From a virus, in the IMG/VR virus record IMGVR_UViG_3300008517_000034, positions 1 to 64,000 of that record: a stretch of DNA of 64,000 nucleotides. The stretch is one strand, 5' to 3'. The translations under genes were made by a program, and so were the position numbers. Each line of letters opens with the position of its first letter. The first letter of the stretch is position 1. The notes beneath the pieces were generated by a model. The model did not search any database, was not told the DNA's origin, and was given only the letters and a program-made list of their open reading frames with translations. Positions 37,001-45,959 of the stretch are shown here, piece after piece.

Positions 37001-40000
37001 TTATATGCCTCTCTTCCAAATTGTTTAACTTCATTTGCGGGAACTGGGTAATAACTACCTTTCTGTGCTTTATGTTCAATTGGGTCCATAGGTAAAGGAT
37101 TATCACTGCATTTCCAGAACCACCATCTATTATTCTTTCCCGCCTTAAAACACCTAATAATGTATCTCCCGTTTAATATTTCTTTATCTTTACATCTATC
37201 AGGATAAAAAAAGTATTCGTGTACGTCTTCTCTTTGTACACCAGCTTTTACCTTTCCAAGATAGACAGCTTGCATGAAGGCATCTTTATAAGCAGTTGCC
37301 CCTACTTCTCCAGCTTTTATGATATATGATTTATCAAGAAGTGCGAGATCGGCTACTATTTTTGCTCCTTTAGCATTTAGTAATGCCTCTTTTACTTCCG
37401 ATTTTTTCAATTCTCTAGTAGGTTCCTCTGCACTAGGTTTAACAATACAGAGTCCTTTATCTACATTACCAGTTTTTGGATCTCTTTTTCCCTTTAAGGC
37501 ATTCAAATAAGCATCGATTGAATCTTCAGTTAGGACCCATTGAATAAGTTTATTCTTAAATTTCATTCTGATATCACAATGCATACTATGATCCTCTAAT
37601 AGTTTAGCAAGAGATATTTTTTTCTGTTTCCATTGTTTAGTCTCATTCGGTTCTAATCCTCTAAAGTGGAATTGAGCCCACATCATTCCCTCATCATAAT
37701 CCGGATAAAATTCTTTAGGTAGTGGTTCATTTTCCTTGGCGTATATCTTATATATTTCTTTGGGAATCTTCCCTCCCTCTATGCTTATCTTAATATCATC
37801 TTTAATTCCCTTTTCCACTAGGGCCTCTCTCCGTGGAGTGAACTCAGAAAGCCTCTCCAATACAAACATTTTGTCCGGTACATTCTTTTCCGGAACCGGT
37901 TGTAATACTACACTCACATAAGCTTTATAATAGGGGTATTTAGGATCTTCAGTCTCGTAGCTATTGACATCTTCGCTGGCTACTCTTAGTATCGAACCTA
38001 TCACTACATCCTGTTTCGTATTATCCGACTTCCCTATATGGTTATAAAACTTCTCCCTAAATTCTATTACTGCCTTCTTATCTTTTCTGCTTATGGCCTC
38101 TGCCCACTCTTTATCAATGGGTCCCACAGCTAATTCGTAATTCCAATTCCCGGTCTTCTTTCCTTCTCTGATAATTTCCTTTTCCCCCACTACCAGGCAA
38201 TCAATCTCGTACTTCTCCTTCCATTTGCAAGCACCATGGTCTTGAGGCATTTCGTAGGGGGTGTTGAGTAATTTAATCATTACTCCCTCGGCAATATGTT
38301 TGGGATAAGGACCACCTCTATGGGCATAGCCCATCATCTTATCTTTAACCTTTTCAACTTGCTTAAGATCCTCTAAATCCACAATATAAGATAAGGCTTC
38401 TTTCTGTAAATTAGTTGAACTTCTAACAAAATGAACGTGCTCAGAATCTTTGAATTTGCTGAGCAGTTCCTTACGCTCTTTTAGAGGCCAATCTTTGATA
38501 TTTTTCCCATCATATTCCACAATATCAAAAATGTAAATATGAGCTTTCTTACTAGCCTCGGTGGGGTCGAACTTCCCGTTTAAAAGTGCATTAGTGACTA
38601 CCCTGTGTAAGCATTCATTCTTTTCCTTATCAATCATTATTATTTCAGAATCCCCCACAAAATCTTCCTTCATCTTCTTAAGCTCTTCTACCTGCCAGGG
38701 TAGTCTCTCGGTCTTGATGGGAGAGCCTTTAATATCCTCTGGATCACTCATTATAATTACATCTTTGCCCTTCTTTACAATTTTCGTCCTCATTCCATCA
38801 AACTTGGCTTCGACAATTGCTTTTCCTTTCTGAAAATGGGGAGTATTTTTAAGGTCCTCAAAGGTAAATATTCGATAGGCCGGTTTATTTAAGCCCCATT
38901 TTTCTCTCTTCTCAAAATCCTTCTCTTCTAAGATATCACCATCATATAAGATCTTACCATTCCATATCTTAAGCCCGGCATTAACCTTCTCTTTATGCTT
39001 TAAAATATCCTTTCTTAAATTAGTGAGATATATTACCTTCGGTTTCAATTCCTCTGCTAATTGCAGGAGAGAGAGAAAAGAAAGTTTCCCTCTTTCTCTG
39101 TCATCCTTTTCATAATCTCCTACTCCACAAATCCAGATAGTCCCTTGTATCAGGTCTTTCTGTGCCTTCCCTAATTCTAAGAACTCGGGCAAGATCGATA
39201 TCTTCTTTTTTCCTACATCTAATCTCAAACCTATAGAAGGTGTCCCGACTGCCGGGGTAGTCTTGATCGGTATAATCCCCAAGCCATCAATCTTTAGTGG
39301 TTTTAAGAATAGATGCGTATCTTCCCTCTTGGGTAGCCGGTCAAATATTGCTCCTACAGTATAGACCGGGATATCCTTATATTCATTAAGATATTCCCAG
39401 TGGTCCTTATCGGCTTGAGTTATAATTATAAAGTCTAAATCCTCTTTTACCTCTTTCTGGTGTACTGCTGGGTCGATAAGAATCCTTTTATCTTTGTGAC
39501 GTATAAGCAGAGAGAAGTGTTTGCCCTGTGGGGAATTAAGCTGGGCCATGGTGCCGAGGACCTGGATAAAACCGGTCTTCGGTATATCATCTTTCTTTCT
39601 TACTATCTCAATCTTCTCCTTAGGCCTTAGCACTTTTTCAAATAGTGGGATGCATGAATCCCATTCAGTCAGATCATAAATAAAATTCAGCTTCTTATTT
39701 ATCTGTTTCTCGAAAAGTTTAGTAATTGCTGATTCTAACTTTGGATTCTGCTCATCCCTAATAAGTATATTTATATCCGGTTGGTCTCTTAGGGATTTCT
39801 TCGAATCTCTTACAATACTAATATATTCAGGATCGAGCATTATCGAACCTAAACTGGACATATCTATTCCCAATTCTTCTTTCTTAAACACTATATCGTC
39901 TATGCTGGTCTCAACATGATTTATTTTTCTCTTATGCATCTCCCTGACCAGCAATTGATACTTCCCGAGAAAATCACCTCTTTTGACATCTAATTTAGGT

Positions 40001-40122
40001 TTCGGTTTCTCAAAATATTTTTCCCATAGCTGTGAAAAGCGTAGGTCCAGAGAATACAGTTCTATATTAGGTGCTTTCCTCAGGTTTAATTTTGTCATCT
40101 CTTCTATTCTCAATATTTTCAC
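36997..40122 (-). CDS. Multidomain ATP-dependent DNA ligase (degenerate NTase + degenerate MBL + ligase + LigD-type phosphoesterase)
   Basis: EAKFDG, DSEI, IFDIV, EGVMIK, KWK ligase motifs; VLGT..ILIDP..ITQADKDH MBL fold; QFH...HCDIRM..W phosphoesterase-like. Confidence 0.85.
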   Translation of the reverse strand: MKILRIEEMTKLNLRKAPNIELYSLDLRFSQLWEKYFEKPKPKLDVKRGDFLGKYQLLVREMHKRKINHVETSIDDIVFKKEELGIDMSSLGSIMLDPEYISIVRDSKKSLRDQPDINILIRDEQNPKLESAITKLFEKQINKKLNFIYDLTEWDSCIPLFEKVLRPKEKIEIVRKKDDIPKTGFIQVLGTMAQLNSPQGKHFSLLIRHKDKRILIDPAVHQKEVKEDLDFIIITQADKDHWEYLNEYKDIPVYTVGAIFDRLPKREDTHLFLKPLKIDGLGIIPIKTTPAVGTPSIGLRLDVGKKKISILPEFLELGKAQKDLIQGTIWICGVGDYEKDDRERGKLSFLSLLQLAEELKPKVIYLTNLRKDILKHKEKVNAGLKIWNGKILYDGDILEEKDFEKREKWGLNKPAYRIFTFEDLKNTPHFQKGKAIVEAKFDGMRTKIVKKGKDVIIMSDPEDIKGSPIKTERLPWQVEELKKMKEDFVGDSEIIMIDKEKNECLHRVVTNALLNGKFDPTEASKKAHIYIFDIVEYDGKNIKDWPLKERKELLSKFKDSEHVHFVRSSTNLQKEALSYIVDLEDLKQVEKVKDKMMGYAHRGGPYPKHIAEGVMIKLLNTPYEMPQDHGACKWKEKYEIDCLVVGEKEIIREGKKTGNWNYELAVGPIDKEWAEAISRKDKKAVIEFREKFYNHIGKSDNTKQDVVIGSILRVASEDVNSYETEDPKYPYYKAYVSVVLQPVPEKNVPDKMFVLERLSEFTPRREALVEKGIKDDIKISIEGGKIPKEIYKIYAKENEPLPKEFYPDYDEGMMWAQFHFRGLEPNETKQWKQKKISLAKLLEDHSMHCDIRMKFKNKLIQWVLTEDSIDAYLNALKGKRDPKTGNVDKGLCIVKPSAEEPTRELKKSEVKEALLNAKGAKIVADLALLDKSYIIKAGEVGATAYKDAFMQAVYLGKVKAGVQREDVHEYFFYPDRCKDKEILNGRYIIRCFKAGKNNRWWFWKCSDNPLPMDPIEHKAQKGSYYPVPANEVKQFGREAYK

Positions 40123-40198
40123 CTACTTATTTTTAATATATTATACCAAATCTGGTATACTAGTTAGCTTTTAATATTAATACATTTTAATTTGTTAT

Positions 40199-40429
40199 TC
40201 AATAAATTCTACCCTTTATGAATTTAGGCCTATCGGTTATCTTTATTATATATCCGCCGAGTTCCTTAACTGTTTCTTTGGCAACTGCTAGATCTGGGAA
40301 AGGAGAATAGTCCGTAAGAATGTCTCTAGAAAATACCGATAGCATATCTTTCAAAAATTTATCTTTACATTCCCACTTATTGTCTTTTATACTGGCCTGA
40401 ACTCCTTCTATCTCCACAGTCACAGCCAT
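40199..40429 (-). CDS. Small protein coupled to MuF gene (candidate immunity/partner)
   Basis: TAATG stop/start overlap with the MuF gene. Confidence 0.5.
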   Translation of the reverse strand: MAVTVEIEGVQASIKDNKWECKDKFLKDMLSVFSRDILTDYSPFPDLAVAKETVKELGGYIIKITDRPKFIKGRIY

Positions 40430-42192
40430 TAATATATCCCCCTTACTAGGTTATAAATAAAATCAAAATATCCTGGGTCCTTGGTAGCCAATCTATAAGG
40501 ATTTTTATAGAACTCTCCCAGCCCCATACTTAATATTTCACTCGCCTTTCCTTCGTAATCTTTTCCCATATAAGCATCGATAAACTTATCTTTTCTAGTA
40601 AGTTCATCTGCTCCATATCCGTCCAACAGACGGGCCAAGCTTTCTCCTTCAGTTCGCTTTTTATAAAAGGCCATAATTGATTTATGTGCCTTTGGATTCA
40701 TTTCTTCCAGCCAATGTCCCATTTCATGGACAACTACCTTGGTGTCTTTATAATTTATCGCGGGATTCCCGATATAAATCGAACCCCTTTGATAATATGA
40801 CCTAAGTCCGGTTTTTCCGACTCGAGGGAATGATACCCCCATAGCCTCTTTGTCAATAAGCTTACTAAATTCTCTTATTCCATTTCTGAGGAACGTCTTC
40901 TCCTTTTCTCTTACCCCAACAGCCCATTCTGGATACAGGTTAAAACCTTCATCAGAGACCTGCAACATCTTCCTCATCTTTATAGTATCTCTTACCCTGA
41001 TGAAATCTTCCTTAGCTCTACTCTTCATATACAGGTCTTTATATTTTTCTGCCGAATCAGATAGCCCAAGTCTTCTAAATTCGAGTGACCTCTTTTGGTA
41101 TCTGTAAGACTGACGCTCAAGTCCAGCAAGTTCTTCAATTGAATCTTTATGGATCTTCTCGATTCCTGACCTTATTCCCTTAGGAGTTTTAGGTTTCTTT
41201 GGTACTGGTTTCCTCGGGATACCCGGTTTCGGCTTTTTTACCCTGGGAATCACTACGATCCAATGACAACGACAATTAGGATGTACCGGAAGCCTCCCTC
41301 TGGCCTCAGACCTTTTAAATTTTATTCCTGCCAAATCCAGACATTCGGGACAGGCATCTCCAGCTGAAGAGATCTCCACCTCTTCATACCGGGTTCCCTC
41401 TAATGAATCTAAATAGCCTTCATTTACACTCCTTGATATTTCGGTCCTAGCTATTAGTTTACTCCGATCTCTAAGTAGTCTATCATAACGTTTAGTATAC
41501 TTTTGTAGGTATAATTCTTTGGGGAGCTTCTGTGCCTTTAACGCTCTTCTATATTTCAGTAAGGCTGTACTCTGTCTCCCATTTAGCCCCACGTCTTTTA
41601 AATGCTCTATATCCCTTGCTACCTGAGTAAGTGTCTTCCCTTCCTTCAATCCTTGAGACACTATTCTCCGGATTCCTTTTTTTGTCTCCTTTTCCACCAG
41701 TGAGATTAATTCATAAGAATATTTCTCGGCCCATTCCACCGATCGGGGATTTATCACATCAAAGGAAGCTTCTATTCTAGCGTGTGCTCGGGACAGGTTG
41801 CCAGATTTCTCCATTATATTAAGATAGGCCGGTTTAATTATGCTCTTTCCACTACCCTCTATTGTCTCCCAGTCCACATAATCTACTACTATCTCAGGCT
41901 TGGACTTCTTCCTGATCTCTGCTGGACCTTTACCTGAAATATAGATAAGTGAGGAACTCACCGGAAGATTTCCTAGTTCTGTCCTCTTCCTAAGGATTTT
42001 CTTTTTTATATCTTTTATGATCTGTTCCCGGGCACCTTGCAGCCAGTCTCTTATCTTGGGATATAGATAGGCCTCACACTCATCCATCAATTTAAGTGTT
42101 TGCTTTCTTAACCTCTCCTTTCGACCTACCTTTTCAAAGAATACATCTAGGAGTCTATTTAATTCTTCTAGGGTATCGCTGGTTAATGGCAT
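40429..42192 (-). CDS. MuF/gp7 minor head protein with C-terminal HEXXH metallopeptidase-like domain
   Basis: IARTE...C..C...PVHPNCRC; Pro/Lys linker; VVHEMGH...SEILSMG. Confidence 0.85.
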   Translation of the reverse strand: MPLTSDTLEELNRLLDVFFEKVGRKERLRKQTLKLMDECEAYLYPKIRDWLQGAREQIIKDIKKKILRKRTELGNLPVSSSLIYISGKGPAEIRKKSKPEIVVDYVDWETIEGSGKSIIKPAYLNIMEKSGNLSRAHARIEASFDVINPRSVEWAEKYSYELISLVEKETKKGIRRIVSQGLKEGKTLTQVARDIEHLKDVGLNGRQSTALLKYRRALKAQKLPKELYLQKYTKRYDRLLRDRSKLIARTEISRSVNEGYLDSLEGTRYEEVEISSAGDACPECLDLAGIKFKRSEARGRLPVHPNCRCHWIVVIPRVKKPKPGIPRKPVPKKPKTPKGIRSGIEKIHKDSIEELAGLERQSYRYQKRSLEFRRLGLSDSAEKYKDLYMKSRAKEDFIRVRDTIKMRKMLQVSDEGFNLYPEWAVGVREKEKTFLRNGIREFSKLIDKEAMGVSFPRVGKTGLRSYYQRGSIYIGNPAINYKDTKVVVHEMGHWLEEMNPKAHKSIMAFYKKRTEGESLARLLDGYGADELTRKDKFIDAYMGKDYEGKASEILSMGLGEFYKNPYRLATKDPGYFDFIYNLVRGIY

Positions 42193-42342
42193 AATTATTT
42201 AGCTCCTCATCTTTATAACCATAGCTCTTCCGTTATAACGTCAGCAGTTGAACATTCACCTTCCTCATAGCCATATAAAAAGAAGGCCCCATCGGCAAAA
42301 GACGCAGAACCATAATAATGTATTATTCGGCAATCTATTTTA

Positions 42343-42537
42343 TTATCCATTTCGTTCATTATCTTTCCTCCGCGGAGTCCGGCCATCTGCTATTCCCAAT
42401 TCTATTCTGATGGCAATATTGACTCCCGGCATATCTTCTTTAATCCTCTTATCTACTATCTGCACTATCTCCGCCAGGATCTCTTTAACATAAGCTTCTA
42501 ATTCCATCTTTTTAATAAATTTCTCTACATCCACCAT
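42343..42537 (-). CDS. Small hypothetical protein
   Basis: ORF track; GAGG upstream. Confidence 0.45.
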   Translation of the reverse strand: MVDVEKFIKKMELEAYVKEILAEIVQIVDKRIKEDMPGVNIAIRIELGIADGRTPRRKDNERNG

Positions 42538-42541
42538 TCTT

Positions 42542-44032
42542 TTATTCCTCTAACTTTCCTTCGTCTTTCCCTACTTCTTTAAGAAAATCACCTTCGGCTA
42601 ATTTGTTAATTCCTTCTGTGAGATCTTCCACCGCCTTGATAAATTTGTCTTCCCTCTTCTCCAGCTCTTCTTCTCCTACTACTTCCAGACCACTCTTCAT
42701 GTAATAATTGTCTCCTCCCACATAAGTCTTCCCCAGACCTAATTTATTTCTGGCCTGGTTGGGGGTCATCATCGCATGTTCGATATACTTAATATACCTA
42801 TCCCCTTCCGCATCTATATTTCGAACGTCTAAGGTATTGAGTTTGAATATATATTTATGGCAATCTAGGCCTTGCTCGATAATCGGTCCATTAATGATAT
42901 CTTCCATATCCTTCTGTAAGGGCTCTATCACCGATTCAATATATATCTTAGTCGCTTCTGTGGTTATGCTACCCCCACCTAGCTTTCCTACCCTTGACCT
43001 GACTCCAATCCGTTCTCCGGGCATAGAATAGGCAATAAGTATATCTTCTTGCAAGGATTCCCTGTATAGCCTGAAGCTCCCTTCTTTTACGTCTACGGAT
43101 AGCTGCTGCCATTGAAATTTGGCATTCTCATCGGGAAGCTGAAATACCATAGTCCGATGGGCATTTTCGGAACCCCTAATTTCGTTATCCAAAAAATTCT
43201 TGATCTTCTTTGCTGATCCTTCTTTCCAGTCTCCAATTAAAGTAATTAAGGCCGCAGGAACTCCGTAGTTTTCAAAGAAGGATAAATTATAATCCCTAAT
43301 CCCGATAAGTCCAACCAGGGAACCCACTGCTGATAGTATGGGAGGAGCTCCATAATAATCTGATCTCGGATAGTATCTTTTGTAGTAGATTAACTCACTT
43401 GCTCTACTCTTTAAGTCAAGCTTGGTTTCCTTTCCATCCTCTGGAGAGATATCTTTTTCCTCTCCATATCTTTTAAACCATATCTTGTCATTATTCCTCT
43501 GTTGACAAAACTTCTTCTTCTTTTTATGGATCCTAAAAGTATGTCCGGCAATATGCCATATCTCTGCTACTTCCCCTCCGGCATTTCTGACTATTTCAAA
43601 TCCGCCCCAGCCTATTATTCCTACATCAATAAGCATCTCTTTTAATATATGTCTTAAATACTCTTCCGGATTGGGTCTGTCTAAGAGTTCATTAATCTTC
43701 TTTTTCTCATCTTCATCCTCTTCTTCTCCCTCTTTTAACTCCAGCCTCCACCCCAGTCCGGCTACATCTTCGGCTATCTGGTCTACGCAAGCGCTAAAGG
43801 TCGAATTCATATCGTATAACTGGAGTAGACTGTTAGGAGAATTGGGAGGAGCAACCAATTGATTAATTCCAAATTGTTCTTCTTCTTTAATCTGTTTGGA
43901 AGTCTTTTTAACTTCGTATCTCTTTAGATCTGATAGGGGATAAACCCCTTTAGTGGTCTGAATAAATTGCTGCCCTTTGGTAAGGGTAACGTGAACCTCA
44001 GCCTGCTTTTTTTTCTTTATTGCTTCAGTCAT
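42542..44032 (-). CDS. Portal protein (PBSX/HK97-like)
   Basis: YYG.PP, N..FFEN.GVP, TPNQAR..LGL motifs; follows the terminase. Confidence 0.9.
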   Translation of the reverse strand: MTEAIKKKKQAEVHVTLTKGQQFIQTTKGVYPLSDLKRYEVKKTSKQIKEEEQFGINQLVAPPNSPNSLLQLYDMNSTFSACVDQIAEDVAGLGWRLELKEGEEEDEDEKKKINELLDRPNPEEYLRHILKEMLIDVGIIGWGGFEIVRNAGGEVAEIWHIAGHTFRIHKKKKKFCQQRNNDKIWFKRYGEEKDISPEDGKETKLDLKSRASELIYYKRYYPRSDYYGAPPILSAVGSLVGLIGIRDYNLSFFENYGVPAALITLIGDWKEGSAKKIKNFLDNEIRGSENAHRTMVFQLPDENAKFQWQQLSVDVKEGSFRLYRESLQEDILIAYSMPGERIGVRSRVGKLGGGSITTEATKIYIESVIEPLQKDMEDIINGPIIEQGLDCHKYIFKLNTLDVRNIDAEGDRYIKYIEHAMMTPNQARNKLGLGKTYVGGDNYYMKSGLEVVGEEELEKREDKFIKAVEDLTEGINKLAEGDFLKEVGKDEGKLEE

Positions 44033-44059
44033 ATCCCTTTCACCTCACCTAATTAAATA

Positions 44060-45526
44060 TTAAAAGAAAGCCTCCGCCTGCTTATGTTTTTTCTTTCCTG
44101 AGCAGGTGTTGGCCACCGCATCCCCATAATCCGGGGATCGACCCAACCTCTTTTTAATCTTATCCTTCTCTTCGATTATGATGTCTCCATTGCTTCTGGT
44201 GCTCCAATGCACCTCGGTTAAATCCTGGGTCAGCTCATCTACAGGAGGTAAAGCCAACTTTTCATCAAATGCCGGGTCTAAAGCATCTCTTAAAGCCCAG
44301 TATAAATAGGCCCTCATATTGGCAAAGGTTCTCTGCTCGGTCAGATCAGTTAACCCTTTCGCTGATTCCGAGGCCTTAACCCCCACCGCATTAACCTTAA
44401 GTTCTATCAATCTTGAAAAGACTCCCGCCCCTTCTCCTGCTGAATCTATATAGGTGATATCCTCTTTCTTTATTAGTTCATTCTTTGCTCTTCCTACGGT
44501 TACCATGTGATCTTGCTTGCTATAAACTTTAAGTTTTTCAATAATGTTCCCTCTCCTAAAAGCAAATACCGTAAGGTCCCTCCCCATGCCGGCTACATCG
44601 ACTCCTAATTTTAAGGCACCTTTTTCTTTACCCTTTTGTTCCCGCCACCTGTCGTTGGCCATCTCTACCCAACTTAAAGGAATTAAGGTATCTTCGGCAG
44701 CCCTAGGAAACTCTCCCATCACCTTTACTAAGAATAAGTCATTAGGCCGGTACCATTTTCCTTCCCACTTAAAATCGCGGGTGTCTTTTCTTACTTCATT
44801 TTCCTCTATCTCTACTACCCAGCCCGGCTTCTTAATTTTCTCATCGATCCATTCATAATCTACCTGGCCTGGTATTAGGATTTTCTTGGCCCTAACGTTT
44901 ACCGCATTCAAACAATTTAGTTTAAATTTTTCATACTGTGGGCTCCTGGTGCTTTGATAGGCCTCTCCGGTAGTCCTGTTGGGGTTGAATATCAAGACTA
45001 ATCGGCTATTCCCGGTTAGTATCCCTTCTATAGCATCAAACGTTGCCTGGTCTATCCCGGAGGCCTCGGTAATTACTACCATAAGATTGGGAGAATGGAA
45101 ACCAGTCCAGTCTTCCGGCTTCTTATCTTTAGTTTTAAAACCCAATAAAAACCAGTCTAAATCCTTGGGGAAAGTTATTTTATGAGTCCACAGGTCTCCA
45201 CCAAGATTTATATTGGCATTTCTATATATTCTGCCTATCTCAGACATCATAATAGAAATAACTTGTCTATCGGTGGGTGCGGTGTTGATAACCTTAGAAG
45301 GGACATAATGATATAAAAAACATAAAGAAGCAACTGCAGCTACATAGTCTTTCCCAGCTGCATGGCCTGACCTGACCGATACTCTCCTACTAAGTTGTAT
45401 TGACTCTAATATCTTTCTCTGTTTCCGGTCCAGCCTCACCCCCAAAGCATCTCTAGAAAATTTATTCCAGTTATTTTCATATTCAGTTAATATCGCATCT
45501 TCTTGCTCTGCGGAAAGGTACTTCAC
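44060..45526 (-). CDS. terL: Terminase large subunit
   Basis: VRSGHAAGKD Walker A, VITEASG Walker B, GVDVAG.G.D and SPDYGDA nuclease motifs. Confidence 0.92.
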   Translation of the reverse strand: MKYLSAEQEDAILTEYENNWNKFSRDALGVRLDRKQRKILESIQLSRRVSVRSGHAAGKDYVAAVASLCFLYHYVPSKVINTAPTDRQVISIMMSEIGRIYRNANINLGGDLWTHKITFPKDLDWFLLGFKTKDKKPEDWTGFHSPNLMVVITEASGIDQATFDAIEGILTGNSRLVLIFNPNRTTGEAYQSTRSPQYEKFKLNCLNAVNVRAKKILIPGQVDYEWIDEKIKKPGWVVEIEENEVRKDTRDFKWEGKWYRPNDLFLVKVMGEFPRAAEDTLIPLSWVEMANDRWREQKGKEKGALKLGVDVAGMGRDLTVFAFRRGNIIEKLKVYSKQDHMVTVGRAKNELIKKEDITYIDSAGEGAGVFSRLIELKVNAVGVKASESAKGLTDLTEQRTFANMRAYLYWALRDALDPAFDEKLALPPVDELTQDLTEVHWSTRSNGDIIIEEKDKIKKRLGRSPDYGDAVANTCSGKKKHKQAEAFF

Positions 45527-45528
45527 TA

Positions 45529-45891
45529 TTATTTATTTTTCTCCCGTTCCTTTTTGGCTTTCACTAAATTAGCATAGGTAAGTTCTAATGAACCTCCTAT
45601 CTCATGTTTGGTAGTTTCCTTCCATTTATCCGGAGCTCGGTTACAAAGAAAAAACTTCTGAGCTGCTAAACTCCCTTCTACCGCTATTTTGTATAATGCA
45701 TCTTCTACTACTCCTATCTGGCTCTCTACCGCTTCTTCGACATCCCTTTTAAAGCTTTTTGCAATCTTCATCCATCTATAAAAAGTATCTCTATTAATAT
45801 TAGCTTCGGTACACGCCTTAGTTTTAGTTGCCCCATTTCTAAGGCTTTCGATAATAATTCGTTTTATTTTTCTTCTTGCTTTGTCATCCAT
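45529..45891 (-). CDS. terS: Terminase small subunit (HTH)
   Basis: AC..A.I.R.TFYRW, VEDALY..A..G...A..F.L.NR motifs; precedes terL. Confidence 0.8.
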   Translation of the reverse strand: MDDKARRKIKRIIIESLRNGATKTKACTEANINRDTFYRWMKIAKSFKRDVEEAVESQIGVVEDALYKIAVEGSLAAQKFFLCNRAPDKWKETTKHEIGGSLELTYANLVKAKKEREKNK

Positions 45892-45959
45892 AATAATTAG
45901 TTGATCACCTCTTTAATCATTCTAAATCCTCGAGACCTTTGTCGGATTTGTCGGATTTT

